A stretch of DNA of 64,000 bases from Bdellovibrionota bacterium. GTDB taxonomy: Bacteria; Bdellovibrionota_C; UBA2361; JBGSMV01. Shown in pieces: positions 29,683 to 39,445 of the stretch; positions within the stretch are counted from its first letter, which is position 1; the number at the start of each line of letters is the position of its first letter. The stretch lies in contig JBGSMV010000059.1 in NCBI GenBank assembly GCA_041739995.1, forward strand, positions 90,429-154,428, in the 5' to 3' direction. The notes under the pieces were generated by a model. That model was not told the origin of the DNA. It ran no database searches and saw only the letters and a program-made list of their open reading frames with translations. The position numbers and the translations under genes are program-made.

Positions 29683-31326
29683 TTAGCCGACTGCACTACC
29701 GACCAGGTCATACCCAGCCACTTCAGTGATACGCACATTAACAAATGAACCTACTGCCGGAGAACCTTGAATGAGATCGCCTTGATCGGGGCGGTCCGAA
29801 GCTCCTGAATCTGGACTAGTATTATGGGCCGCTCCGTTAGCGCTGTCGCTTAGCGCCGAGTCGCCAATGCCGAGTTCACTAAAATCATTCACAATAACCG
29901 TACCATCGACCTCGGGGGCTTGAAACCGAGCTCTTCCCACCAATAAATAATCCGTATCCTCGTGAGCCCCTTCCATAAGAACCTGAATTGACTGTCCTAT
30001 GTACCCAGAAAGGCGCTTGGCGACAACCTCTTGTTGGGCCTGCATGATGCGCTCCCGCCGAGAAGCCTTCTCCTTCTCAGAAACCTGGCAATCCATGTCA
30101 AAAGAAGGAGTGCCGCTTTCTAGCGAATAGGTAAATACCCCCACACTTGAGAAATGCCCCTCTCGTACGAAGCTCTCAAGCTCTTGTACGTCTTCCTCGG
30201 TCTCACCGGGGAAGCCAACAATAAAGGTGGTGCGTATCGCAATGCTTGGCGCGGTCTTACGAATCCACTCAACCATCGGTCGAGGCGCAAAGGAGCCTAT
30301 GGGTCGCTTCATCTCTTTGAGCACTCGAGTGCTGGCATGTTGCAATGGGATATCGAGGTATTCGACCACTCGTGGCAGATCTCTGATTGCTTCAATCAAG
30401 GCAACATCGGTTCCTACGGGATAGGCGTACAACAGGCGCACCCAGTCAACTGCCGCTTGTCTGTCGAGCGCTTCAAGCAGCTGCCTAAGCCGGCGTCCGT
30501 TTCCATATTTATCAGGCGCCTGGTCTAGCCCAAATGAGGTCAAATCCTGAGCGACGAGGTTGATCTCTCGTACTCCCTGATTGGCGAGACTCTCAGTTTC
30601 TCGAAGAACCGAATCAATTTGACGACTGCGCATCGTGCCGCGAATCTTTGGAATAATGCAGAAAGTACACGGCCGATTACAGCCCTCGCTCACCTTCACA
30701 TATGCAAAATGCCGCTTGGTGGCGAGCTCACGCGGCATCGAATCGTCATAGAGAAAATATGGGCGCGCCGCAGCATCGAGAACATCACCGAAATCGGGAG
30801 CGGGTGTAGTGTTCGCGAGAAGGCTATCTTTTGCCTGTCCTGGCTCGACTAAAGTGGAGACGTCAGCAACACGTAAGACATCATTCACCGACAAAAATGC
30901 ATCTACTTCTGGCAATGCTTCTTGCATGCTTTGGTATTTGCCGGATGGGTCCTTGTAGCGCTCCACCGCACAGCCCGCGACCACGAGTTTGCGCAGGCGC
31001 CCCGTTTTTTTGAGCTCCGCCACGTCAATGATACAATCGATGCTCTCTTCGACTGCGCTCTGTAGAAATCCGCAGGTATTCACAATCGCCACGTCGGCAT
31101 CTTCAACTTTGGAAACCACCTCAAAGCCGCGAGCACGAAGCACCCCCAACATCACTTCAGAGTCGACGTGATTCTTCGCGCACCCAAGTGTAATGAGGGC
31201 TGCACGTCCCGCAAAAATGGCCGCCCCTACTCCGCCCTCATTTCCCTGATTGACGTGAATTGCAGGTGCGGTGGCGCATGACTTCTTAGCGTCGCCACCC
31301 TCATCTAATATTGTAAGTCGTCCCAT
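29683..31326 (-). CDS. rimO: Ribosomal protein S12 methylthiotransferase
   Basis: LGCAKNHVDSE, NTCGF, radical SAM CNRPCTFC, DIPLQHA, QAPEVDG. Confidence 0.95.
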   Translation of the reverse strand: MGRLTILDEGGDAKKSCATAPAIHVNQGNEGGVGAAIFAGRAALITLGCAKNHVDSEVMLGVLRARGFEVVSKVEDADVAIVNTCGFLQSAVEESIDCIIDVAELKKTGRLRKLVVAGCAVERYKDPSGKYQSMQEALPEVDAFLSVNDVLRVADVSTLVEPGQAKDSLLANTTPAPDFGDVLDAAARPYFLYDDSMPRELATKRHFAYVKVSEGCNRPCTFCIIPKIRGTMRSRQIDSVLRETESLANQGVREINLVAQDLTSFGLDQAPDKYGNGRRLRQLLEALDRQAAVDWVRLLYAYPVGTDVALIEAIRDLPRVVEYLDIPLQHASTRVLKEMKRPIGSFAPRPMVEWIRKTAPSIAIRTTFIVGFPGETEEDVQELESFVREGHFSSVGVFTYSLESGTPSFDMDCQVSEKEKASRRERIMQAQQEVVAKRLSGYIGQSIQVLMEGAHEDTDYLLVGRARFQAPEVDGTVIVNDFSELGIGDSALSDSANGAAHNTSPDSGASDRPDQGDLIQGSPAVGSFVNVRITEVAGYDLVGSAVG

Positions 31327-31366
31327 ATGTACCTCTATCCCTGCACTCCTCGCCCGCTCCGCTTAC

Positions 31367-32179
31367 CTAGCTAGCTCTTCGACGATCGTCGATATCCACT
31401 CCCGCAGGAAAAGAAACAGCAAAGTCCGCTTCAGTCACAGCCGGATCATTTGAATGCACATCGCTGAGCAAGATCGCAGTTACGTTTCCACCCACGTCCA
31501 CCACTCGCGCTCCTGCGGGAAGATGCGATTCTCGGTTCACAAGCAGTTCAAAGCTTCTCAGGTCGCCAGGCGCTTCATTGTCTGTTTCTGAAGTTTGGTG
31601 CTTGGGAACTAACGAAAGTAATAGCCGACCGCCCGAATCGCAGGCGCGCTCAATGCGAAACTCGTTCTCAAGCTCGCCAATGCCCATAAGAAAAGCCACC
31701 GGCATTTCGGCAAGAAGAACGTCTTTTAGAGTTTCCACCACAAGCTGACTGAGCTCTGGCTGAAACAAATATACGGTCTCGTCCCTCACCAAAAATACTT
31801 GGGGCTCAGGGAGTTCATAAACCCAACGCATTTTGCCGGGCTTCTTGAAATACACCGTTCCAGAAGCCTGTTCACTATCATCGAGCGCTGCGATGCGAGA
31901 CTCTTGATTGAACTGCGCTTTAAGCGATCCGCTCGACTTGTAAGCGTTCTGAACGCTAGTCAGCAATGAATTAGCCTGAACTTTAGACAGTTCTTTCTCG
32001 CACCCGAAGCGACCCTCTATTTCGGAAGCTTGAGCATTGGTGCCCAGCAAAGCCAGGACCACCAGGATGCCAAAGAATAAGGCCTTGGTCCCCCAGGCAG
32101 CGCTGGCGCTCGGTCTGAATGCCGCAAGACACACACACCTGTAGGCTTCGTAGCCTACTTTTGACTTCCATCGCAGCAT
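31367..32179 (-). CDS. lolA: Outer-membrane lipoprotein carrier LolA family; start uncertain
   Basis: AQFNQ, SGTVYFKKPGKMRWVY; lies directly after ftsK. Confidence 0.85.
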   Translation of the reverse strand: MLRWKSKVGYEAYRCVCLAAFRPSASAAWGTKALFFGILVVLALLGTNAQASEIEGRFGCEKELSKVQANSLLTSVQNAYKSSGSLKAQFNQESRIAALDDSEQASGTVYFKKPGKMRWVYELPEPQVFLVRDETVYLFQPELSQLVVETLKDVLLAEMPVAFLMGIGELENEFRIERACDSGGRLLLSLVPKHQTSETDNEAPGDLRSFELLVNRESHLPAGARVVDVGGNVTAILLSDVHSNDPAVTEADFAVSFPAGVDIDDRRRAS

Positions 32180-32373
32180 TTTGAAATTCCCAGGAAAACG
32201 GCAGAAAGGCGCTACGCCCCAACCAGCTAGTGACCGCAAATAGTAGGCGAAAGCGATTTCCTTCGCAAATTCAAGTGTATGCCGCTGTTTTCGTTCACCC
32301 GACTGGTGCCAAACCCGCATTAGGCGGTCGTCAGTCGTCCTTTCTGCGCCGGGAACGCACTGAACTTATGAAG

Positions 32374-35082
32374 TTATGAACCTTGCTCCTGGTTCGCCGG
32401 TGGTAGCAAGACCTCACGAGGCTTCACCCCATCCATTGGGCCCACAACACCATCACGCTCCATCGTCTCAATTATGCGAGCGGCGCGATTGTAGCCGATA
32501 CGAAAGACGCGCTGAATCATGGACGTGGATGCTTGGCCCTTTTCCATCACTAACTCAACCGCCTTATCGTACATTTCATCGTACTCACTGCTCTCGCTAG
32601 ACCCTGAGTCGCCACGATCCTTAGATTCGTCTTCGAGCGCCTGATCGCACACACGCATGATGCGATCGTCGTACTTCGGTCCACAGGTTTGCTTGATGTG
32701 AGTCACTGCGCGCTTCACTTCATTGTCAGACACGAAAGCACCGTGCACTCGCCGTATGGCCTCCGCGCCAGGAAGCATCAGCAACATGTCGCCGCGCCCG
32801 AGCAGTCGCTCCGCTCCCATTGAGTCCAAAATCGTCCGAGAATCGACGCGGCTAGAAACTCTAAACGAAAGGCGCGCGGGGAAGTTTGCCTTAATCAACC
32901 CAGTGATAACATCCACTGACGGTCTTTGGGTCGCCACGATTAAATGAATGCCAGACGCCCGCGCCTTCTGAGCCAGGCGCGTAATCAGCTCTTCAATGTC
33001 TCGACCAGCCGCAAGCATCAAGTCGGCCAGTTCGTCTATCACGATTACTATCTTTGGAAGCGGCTTTAACTTCTCGACCGGAACTCCCGATCGGGCAAGT
33101 CTTTCGACCTCCGCCTCGGTATCAAGTGGTTCGACCGTCCCTTCCTCGATCACCTCATTGTCCGTAAGCATAACCACTTGATCGTCCAGGGCCACCTGAG
33201 GATCCTGGTCAGGGTCCTTCTCACCGTTCACGATACGATTGTAGCCATCGATGTTTCGCACTGAATACTTCTGCATCAAGCGATAGCGCCGGTGCATTTC
33301 GTCAACCGCCCACTGCAGCACGGCCTTGGCCTGGCGTGGATTGCTGACCACTGGAACTCGCAAATGCGGAATAGACTCGTAAAGACTAAGCTCAAGAATC
33401 TTTGGATCGATTAGAATCAAGCCTAGCTCCGACGGGTGCGCACGGTACAACAGGCTTAACAAGAACGCGTTGATACATACTGATTTACCGGTGCCAGTCG
33501 CTCCCGCAATGAGCAAATGGGGCATCGCGGCGATGTCTATTACCACAGGCTCCCCATAGGTATCCTTTCCTATGCAGACGCTGAGAATCGACTCTTCGTT
33601 CACGAACTGATCACTCTCTAGCACGTCACGCAGGCGCACGAGGTCTCGATGCTTGTTGGGGACTTCAATGCCGACCGTGCCGCGCTTGGGAATCGGAGCG
33701 ATAATTCGAATAGAACTGGCGCGCAGGCTCATCGCAAGATCGTCTTGCAGTGCCGCAATTCGACCTACCTTTACTCCTGGCGCTGGCTCGAATTCGAACA
33801 GAGTAATGACCGGGCCAGGATGAACCTGCGTCACTTTGCCGAGCACACCGAAGTCGCGGAGCTTGGCCTCAATCAATTTTGATTTATCTAGTAGCTCTTC
33901 GTCGTCTTCGTGCGCTTCTGTTTGCTCTCCGCGCGTCAACAATGAGAGCGGCGGAGGCTCGTAGCCATCGAACGAACTGGGAGTCTCGGCTACCGAGCCC
34001 GTTTCGTCGGAGGCGCCAGAGGTCGCTCCAGAAATTACTCCTGGAAGCGGGAGAGTTCGAACGAATTCTCGGTCGGATGCCCGAGACTCGCGTTGCTTAC
34101 GGCTCACCACCACCCGCTTCATTTCCTCGTCAATTGAAGCGTCTTCAGTTTCCTCGTCCTCGTCCTCATCGTCATCCTCTTCCTCTTCAGACACCGCTGC
34201 GCGCTTGCTGGTAAGAGATTCCGTAGCCTGATCGACCTCCTCCTCAATTTTATTTCGACGAACACGCGCTTTCGGAAAAGAGTCCGAACGCGGCTCTTTC
34301 GCGAGCAGCTCGGGCACTCCAGACAATCGGAATGCGGCGCGAAGCACCAGAGCGATCGCACCTAATCCCCACCACACTACTCTGGCGGCAAGAAGCGGAA
34401 GCTGTGCGATGAAACCAGCAGTAAATAACAAGGAGCGCGCGAGCCGCATTGAAACTTCAAGCACACTGAGATTCGTGGCCATTGCCAAGGAAAGCAGCAG
34501 AATCGCGCACGAAATCAAACTGGCTCCGAGGGTATTGAACCAGTCGTGCAGGGGGCCCGCGGCAAGCATGCCGACGGATCCCCCGCCTTCCCGCCCGAAG
34601 AACACTGCTGCGGTCACGCAGGACGCAGCAAAAACTCCGCCAAATCCGAACGACTTGCGCCCCCAGTGCAGCAGCGCCCTGCCTAGGGTCTGGGAACCTT
34701 CAGAAGCCGCGGCGCGGTCTCCTTCGCCCGACCTATTGAGGCGCCAGCAGTATAAAGCGAGCCAAAAGGCACATAGCGCTGGTACTAAGCCGCACCAGCC
34801 CATCAGTCCCCACAGCAAAGTGCCGGTGGCGTGGCCACTAGGCCCCATCAAGTTCTCTGCGCGCTCGAGCGCGCCACCAAAACTGGCAGACGACTGGGAC
34901 TGGGAATTTGCCAAGGAAGCGAGCCTCGAGAGAAAACTCAAGGTTAGAAAGCAACCCAATGCAAAGCACGCGACTGCGCATACTTCGTCCAACCAAGTAT
35001 GCGTCCAGGGATTGCCGGAACTCTTTTGCGACTTGACGCCCGGCGTCGCTCGTCTCCTTTGATTCATTCGTCTCGTTGCCAT
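32374..35082 (-). CDS. ftsK: DNA translocase FtsK
   Basis: N-terminal TM domain, PHLLIAGATGTGKS, IDELADLM, ATQRPSVDVITG, gamma domain IGYNRAARI. Confidence 0.97.
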   Translation of the reverse strand: MATRRMNQRRRATPGVKSQKSSGNPWTHTWLDEVCAVACFALGCFLTLSFLSRLASLANSQSQSSASFGGALERAENLMGPSGHATGTLLWGLMGWCGLVPALCAFWLALYCWRLNRSGEGDRAAASEGSQTLGRALLHWGRKSFGFGGVFAASCVTAAVFFGREGGGSVGMLAAGPLHDWFNTLGASLISCAILLLSLAMATNLSVLEVSMRLARSLLFTAGFIAQLPLLAARVVWWGLGAIALVLRAAFRLSGVPELLAKEPRSDSFPKARVRRNKIEEEVDQATESLTSKRAAVSEEEEDDDEDEDEETEDASIDEEMKRVVVSRKQRESRASDREFVRTLPLPGVISGATSGASDETGSVAETPSSFDGYEPPPLSLLTRGEQTEAHEDDEELLDKSKLIEAKLRDFGVLGKVTQVHPGPVITLFEFEPAPGVKVGRIAALQDDLAMSLRASSIRIIAPIPKRGTVGIEVPNKHRDLVRLRDVLESDQFVNEESILSVCIGKDTYGEPVVIDIAAMPHLLIAGATGTGKSVCINAFLLSLLYRAHPSELGLILIDPKILELSLYESIPHLRVPVVSNPRQAKAVLQWAVDEMHRRYRLMQKYSVRNIDGYNRIVNGEKDPDQDPQVALDDQVVMLTDNEVIEEGTVEPLDTEAEVERLARSGVPVEKLKPLPKIVIVIDELADLMLAAGRDIEELITRLAQKARASGIHLIVATQRPSVDVITGLIKANFPARLSFRVSSRVDSRTILDSMGAERLLGRGDMLLMLPGAEAIRRVHGAFVSDNEVKRAVTHIKQTCGPKYDDRIMRVCDQALEDESKDRGDSGSSESSEYDEMYDKAVELVMEKGQASTSMIQRVFRIGYNRAARIIETMERDGVVGPMDGVKPREVLLPPANQEQGS

Positions 35083-35165
35083 ACGCTAACCAACTTCTTT
35101 AGTAGACAACTTCTTCAATCGACAACAAACAACCGTTCTGAGTTCCAGCAGTGCAAGCGGAAAGC

Positions 35166-36353
35166 CTACGCGCTAGGAAAAAATAGAGCGTTTCGTTCAG
35201 ATGCGAGCGCTCTGGCTGCTTCACGAAATCCCGCCAAAATTAATTCTTTCTCTGACTTGAATCCAACCCCACGGGACACGGGGACTCCTTCATTGCTTTG
35301 AAATAGGCCCTGGCCAAGTTTAAACAAGTTCTCGGAGAGTGCTTGATCTCGAAAGCTGAAATTTGCGTTCCAAATTGGGGTTCCATCAACCCCCACAAGC
35401 TCCATTGAAAACACCACCACCGCGAGCGAAGAAGCGCCCGCTCTTGAACCATCGCGCACTTGATAGTCGGAAATAGTTGTTACCAACACACTGTCAAGAT
35501 TGGCGTTCCTCGCGTTGCTTAGAAGTGTAGGCAGAGAGGGGGCTGGTCCCGTAGCGCCGAGTCCGAGCGAATTGTCTAGGGAAGTCGAATTAAGCTTCTC
35601 GGCGCCAGCCTTCCCCGAGAGAGAATCGGGAGCGTCTTCGACGGATTTCACGTCAAGGTCAAGTTCTTGGGTAAGCGCTTCCATTAAACTACGAGCGATG
35701 CCGTCCCGCTGTGCAAGCGCCTCTCTTGCACCCGAACCGTAGGTCGGACGCGAGACCATAATAGAACTCACGCGAACCAGAGCGGCGCGACTCGTCAAAT
35801 TCGAACGCAGACCCGGGCTATCCTTCTTGGAGCGCGACGAGGGCGCAGCAACGGAAAGATCATGACTCCCGCCGACTGAGTTCGAACCCTTTGCACCCAC
35901 AACCTGGCCGCCCGAGTCCGAGATGCCACTTCGAGATGGAGTCATGGCGGATTTTGCTACTGCACCGATCGGCATAGTGCTTGTGGGTGAGTCGGCGCTC
36001 ACTCGCGTACGCGCTGACTGAAAGCTGGGAGCGTGCCTTTCCCCAACAGGCGAGACAGAGGACGAGGTAGAATTAGAGCAGCCTGCAGCAAACGACAGGC
36101 AAACCAAGGTCAGCGCAACACGCAACGCTGGGCACCTTCCTAGGGCACCTCCAAGATCGGTGTTGAGACCACTTTCAACGCTCCCATCGACTGAGGGCCT
36201 CAAATTGGAAGGACTCGGGAAAACCAAACCCCGCACACGTTCTATTCTGCTCATCTTCATTTTACCTGCCACCCTATGCTCCAGGCCCAAATTTGCACTG
36301 GAATCATTGCAGTATCTTTCAGGCTGATACTCTTCGACCATAGTTAAATTCAC
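35166..36353 (-). CDS. Putative lipoprotein; true start likely downstream of the ORF start
   Basis: Hydrophobic stretch ending FAAGC, Ser-rich linker, C-terminal alpha/beta domain. Confidence 0.6.
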   Translation of the reverse strand: MNLTMVEEYQPERYCNDSSANLGLEHRVAGKMKMSRIERVRGLVFPSPSNLRPSVDGSVESGLNTDLGGALGRCPALRVALTLVCLSFAAGCSNSTSSSVSPVGERHAPSFQSARTRVSADSPTSTMPIGAVAKSAMTPSRSGISDSGGQVVGAKGSNSVGGSHDLSVAAPSSRSKKDSPGLRSNLTSRAALVRVSSIMVSRPTYGSGAREALAQRDGIARSLMEALTQELDLDVKSVEDAPDSLSGKAGAEKLNSTSLDNSLGLGATGPAPSLPTLLSNARNANLDSVLVTTISDYQVRDGSRAGASSLAVVVFSMELVGVDGTPIWNANFSFRDQALSENLFKLGQGLFQSNEGVPVSRGVGFKSEKELILAGFREAARALASERNALFFPSA

Positions 36354-36476
36354 CTACCTCAAAACTTTCCTTATTTACGCCATGTTGAGTCTTGATTTTC
36401 AGGTTTGATTCGCTTTAGCCTCGACACTAAATCGGGCAATTATTGGTACAGCCCCTAGATTCTGGAATTATGGTTT

Positions 36477-36893
36477 ATGACCACAAAAGCTGCTGAAAAA
36501 GTTATCGAAGGCCTCACCAGTGTGATGGAGGGATTCCACGAGCTGCGTCGTGCAGTCCGAGAAGATCTCGGGGCTACGCTTGAGGGCGAGGAGGAGTCCG
36601 AGGAGACCGCAGATCCTGAGCTTGAGGCAGATGTCGAATCAGCGGTTGCTAACGAGATGCGTGCAGCGCTGGAGACTGTGCTCGAGAACGAAGAGTACTC
36701 GTCTGAGGAATTGGCCGCGATGCTTTCTTCCGTAACCGAGGCGCTTGAGGAAGTTGACCCCGACGTCTTCGCTGAAGAAGTGGAAGAACCGGTCGACGAC
36801 GACCTCGACTACGACGACGATGACGATGACGATGACGATGATCTTGGTGATTTGGACGAGGATGAGGACGAGGCAGAAGAAGAGGACCAGTAA
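36477..36893 (+). CDS. Small, highly acidic hypothetical protein
   Basis: 138 aa, E/D-rich helical body and poly-D/E tail; fills the gap between two minus-strand genes. Confidence 0.75.
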   Translation: MTTKAAEKVIEGLTSVMEGFHELRRAVREDLGATLEGEEESEETADPELEADVESAVANEMRAALETVLENEEYSSEELAAMLSSVTEALEEVDPDVFAEEVEEPVDDDLDYDDDDDDDDDDLGDLDEDEDEAEEEDQ

Positions 36894-37080
36894 TCGATCG
36901 CGTCCTTTCAGTCTCTTAAGCGCCTACCCCCGCCAGTTTAACGATCGGCTTTTACCAAATGCTGACCGTACATCAGCGACCAGTGGTAGCAGCGACCAGC
37001 AGCAGCGACCAATAGCTCGGCCTAACCAAAAATTGGAATTTCGGCGCTAATGTCGAATTCTCGAATGGCCCAAACCTCGA

Positions 37081-39048
37081 CTACTTCTTATGGACTCTAA
37101 GAGCCTTAACTACATCTGCTGCCCGCTTAGACAGTGAATTTGCATCTGCTACCTTTAGAAGCTCAGTAAGGTCGATAGTACCTTCCCGAAGATGCATTAA
37201 TGCGTCATCAACCATGGAGATAAAACCATCGCTCAGGGCAGCTTGCAGGAGTTCATGGACCGCAACCTGACCTTTTGCGATCATCGCCTTTTCAGCGTCG
37301 CCCGGCAGCCAAAGCTCAGCGATCACTTTACGCCCTGAGTAGCCTGTTCCCTTGCAGCCCTCGCAGTCAGAACCTGACGCAGTCTTGCCGCTTGAACGAA
37401 AAAGGTGAAACGACTCCCCTGCATTCACCACTCCCGCAGCCGCCCCTAAAATCTCCTTAATGTCCGAGGCTGCATCAAAAGGCTCTTTGCAATCACCACA
37501 AAGACAGCGGACCAAACGCTGACTGAGTACTCCTCGCAAAGCATCATGGAGTTCTGGTCCAGAAATTCCCAATCCTGCCAGTCTCTGCACTGTACTAAAT
37601 GAATCATTCGTGTGGAGGGTAGCAAATACCAAGTGGCCTGTGAGCGACGCACTTAAGGCGATTTCCGCTGTTTCATCATCTCGGACTTCTCCGACAAGAA
37701 TTACATCTGGATCCTGCCGCAAAAAGCTTCTTAATATCCTGGCAAAATTCAGGCTCTCACCGGCATTTCCGTCAACCTTGATTGCGTTGTTCACCTGCAC
37801 TTGGCGAATGCCCTCCATCGGCATCTCAACCGGGTTCTCCGCAGTGACGATACAAAGCGTTCCATCATTGAGTTCACTCAAACACGCATAAAGACTAGTC
37901 GTCTTTCCACTACCCGTTGGTCCAGTGACGAGAACCATACCGTTAGGACTGCGCATCACACGCCTCAGACCGAGCTCAACATGCTCAGGCAGCCCGATCT
38001 TTTTAAGATTCAGACGCTCTTCTTGGGCACCACGAAGCAGTCTCAGAGTCACCGCCTCTCCTCCTAGCGCCGGAACAGTGGCGACTCGAAGGCTCAAACG
38101 GTCGAAGAGGTGGGCTTCCCCTGGGAAGAACTCCTCAATGTCCTTAGCTGAAAAAACAATTCTACCATCCTGGTCAAATCTTTTTTCCTCTACCCTCATT
38201 GAGCCAGACATTACCTTAAGACAAGAAACAAACGGCTTGGCGCGAGACTCCAGCAGCTCCATGCGCCGTTGAAGCACACCATTTACTCGGAAACGTACCT
38301 CATATTTGCCACGCTTGTTTGGCTCGACGTGAATATCACTAGCGCCCAAGCGCAGCGCGCTCCGAACAATATGAACAACAGCCTTTTGAACAGAGCTCTG
38401 CTCGTCGAGCCGGTCGAGATATCGGTCCCTGACGTCCTTGTTCTGACCTATTTCCAAAAGTCGAGCGCACTCCGCAGGTGTGGCGAGCACTAGCTCCATT
38501 CTGCGTTCCTTAAGGTTCGGAAGCGCATTTCGAATTGAGGGGATTATCACTTGCTCGAAGTCGATTAGACTTCTAGGATTTCTAGCCAGGCCGCTTTGAT
38601 CGCTCACTAAGAGCACCAGAATCTGTTTCGATGCCCCCTCTAGCTCTTTGGAGTAAAGAAATAGCGGAAAAACACCCTTGTTCTGCACGCCCTGGAGCTT
38701 CTTACTTACAAGTTCGAATTGTTGCTGTTCCACTGGAGTCATCGCCTCGATACGCTCCGCTAAGTCCTCCTCGCTAGTGAAGGCCGGCGTAGTGGCAAGG
38801 TCGGCAACAGACTGATACCCATATCTCTGCTGGACATCCACCGCGAGCTGCTCGCGCGCGGACAGAACCGGTTTGGGAATTTTGGCGGGGGGCGCTTCGC
38901 CAAACGAGATTACCTTTCCGGCAGTTCGTTGTGGTTTTCCAGAAGGGAAGAGAAATTCCCCACTTTCTGCGTTGGCGGGATTTGATTCTGGATTGATTTG
39001 CTTGGGAGCTTGCGACCTATCAGAGCTGCGGTCCTCTGCTGCACTCAT
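37081..39048 (-). CDS. GspE/PilB-family secretion/pilus ATPase
   Basis: ASDIHVEP, GPTGSGKTT, LRQDPDVILVGEVRD, TGHLVFATLHTND, CGDC...CEGC zinc motif. Confidence 0.92.
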   Translation of the reverse strand: MSAAEDRSSDRSQAPKQINPESNPANAESGEFLFPSGKPQRTAGKVISFGEAPPAKIPKPVLSAREQLAVDVQQRYGYQSVADLATTPAFTSEEDLAERIEAMTPVEQQQFELVSKKLQGVQNKGVFPLFLYSKELEGASKQILVLLVSDQSGLARNPRSLIDFEQVIIPSIRNALPNLKERRMELVLATPAECARLLEIGQNKDVRDRYLDRLDEQSSVQKAVVHIVRSALRLGASDIHVEPNKRGKYEVRFRVNGVLQRRMELLESRAKPFVSCLKVMSGSMRVEEKRFDQDGRIVFSAKDIEEFFPGEAHLFDRLSLRVATVPALGGEAVTLRLLRGAQEERLNLKKIGLPEHVELGLRRVMRSPNGMVLVTGPTGSGKTTSLYACLSELNDGTLCIVTAENPVEMPMEGIRQVQVNNAIKVDGNAGESLNFARILRSFLRQDPDVILVGEVRDDETAEIALSASLTGHLVFATLHTNDSFSTVQRLAGLGISGPELHDALRGVLSQRLVRCLCGDCKEPFDAASDIKEILGAAAGVVNAGESFHLFRSSGKTASGSDCEGCKGTGYSGRKVIAELWLPGDAEKAMIAKGQVAVHELLQAALSDGFISMVDDALMHLREGTIDLTELLKVADANSLSKRAADVVKALRVHKK

Positions 39049-39372
39049 TTGCTAATCCTCCTATCCGACTTCACTGGCAGAACTGTAAAAGACTTTTATC
39101 ACACCCCTGCTATCGCCTAGCCTGCGCTAGAAGTTAAAAATAAGAGCTAAGATTTTGTGCCGCGCAGAATCTGCTTTCTGGAAATGAAAAATTTCTTTGG
39201 TTGTTAATAAAAACTGAGCGAGGGCTCGGTGAAAGCGACAAGAAGCTGTGTTACTGTAATGAATGTCAGGAAGCGGAATGTTCGCGTGCAGGAGTTCTCG
39301 ATGTTTTTGTTTTTTTGTTTGAAGACGAGCGACTCAGAGTGCGGCAACCTTTGGATTGAACCCTTTCGGATG

Positions 39373-39418
39373 AAAAAAACCAGAGCGGGTGCCACGCGCA
39401 GATTGCTACGTGGCACCC
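39373..39418 (-). terminator. Probable intrinsic terminator after the aminopeptidase gene
   Basis: 10-bp perfect stem GGGTGCCACG/CGTGGCACCC (39387-39418); on the minus strand T7 follows after a 7-nt gap. Confidence 0.55.
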
Positions 39419-39445
39419 ACCCCAGAATGTAAAGGCACTGGTCGC

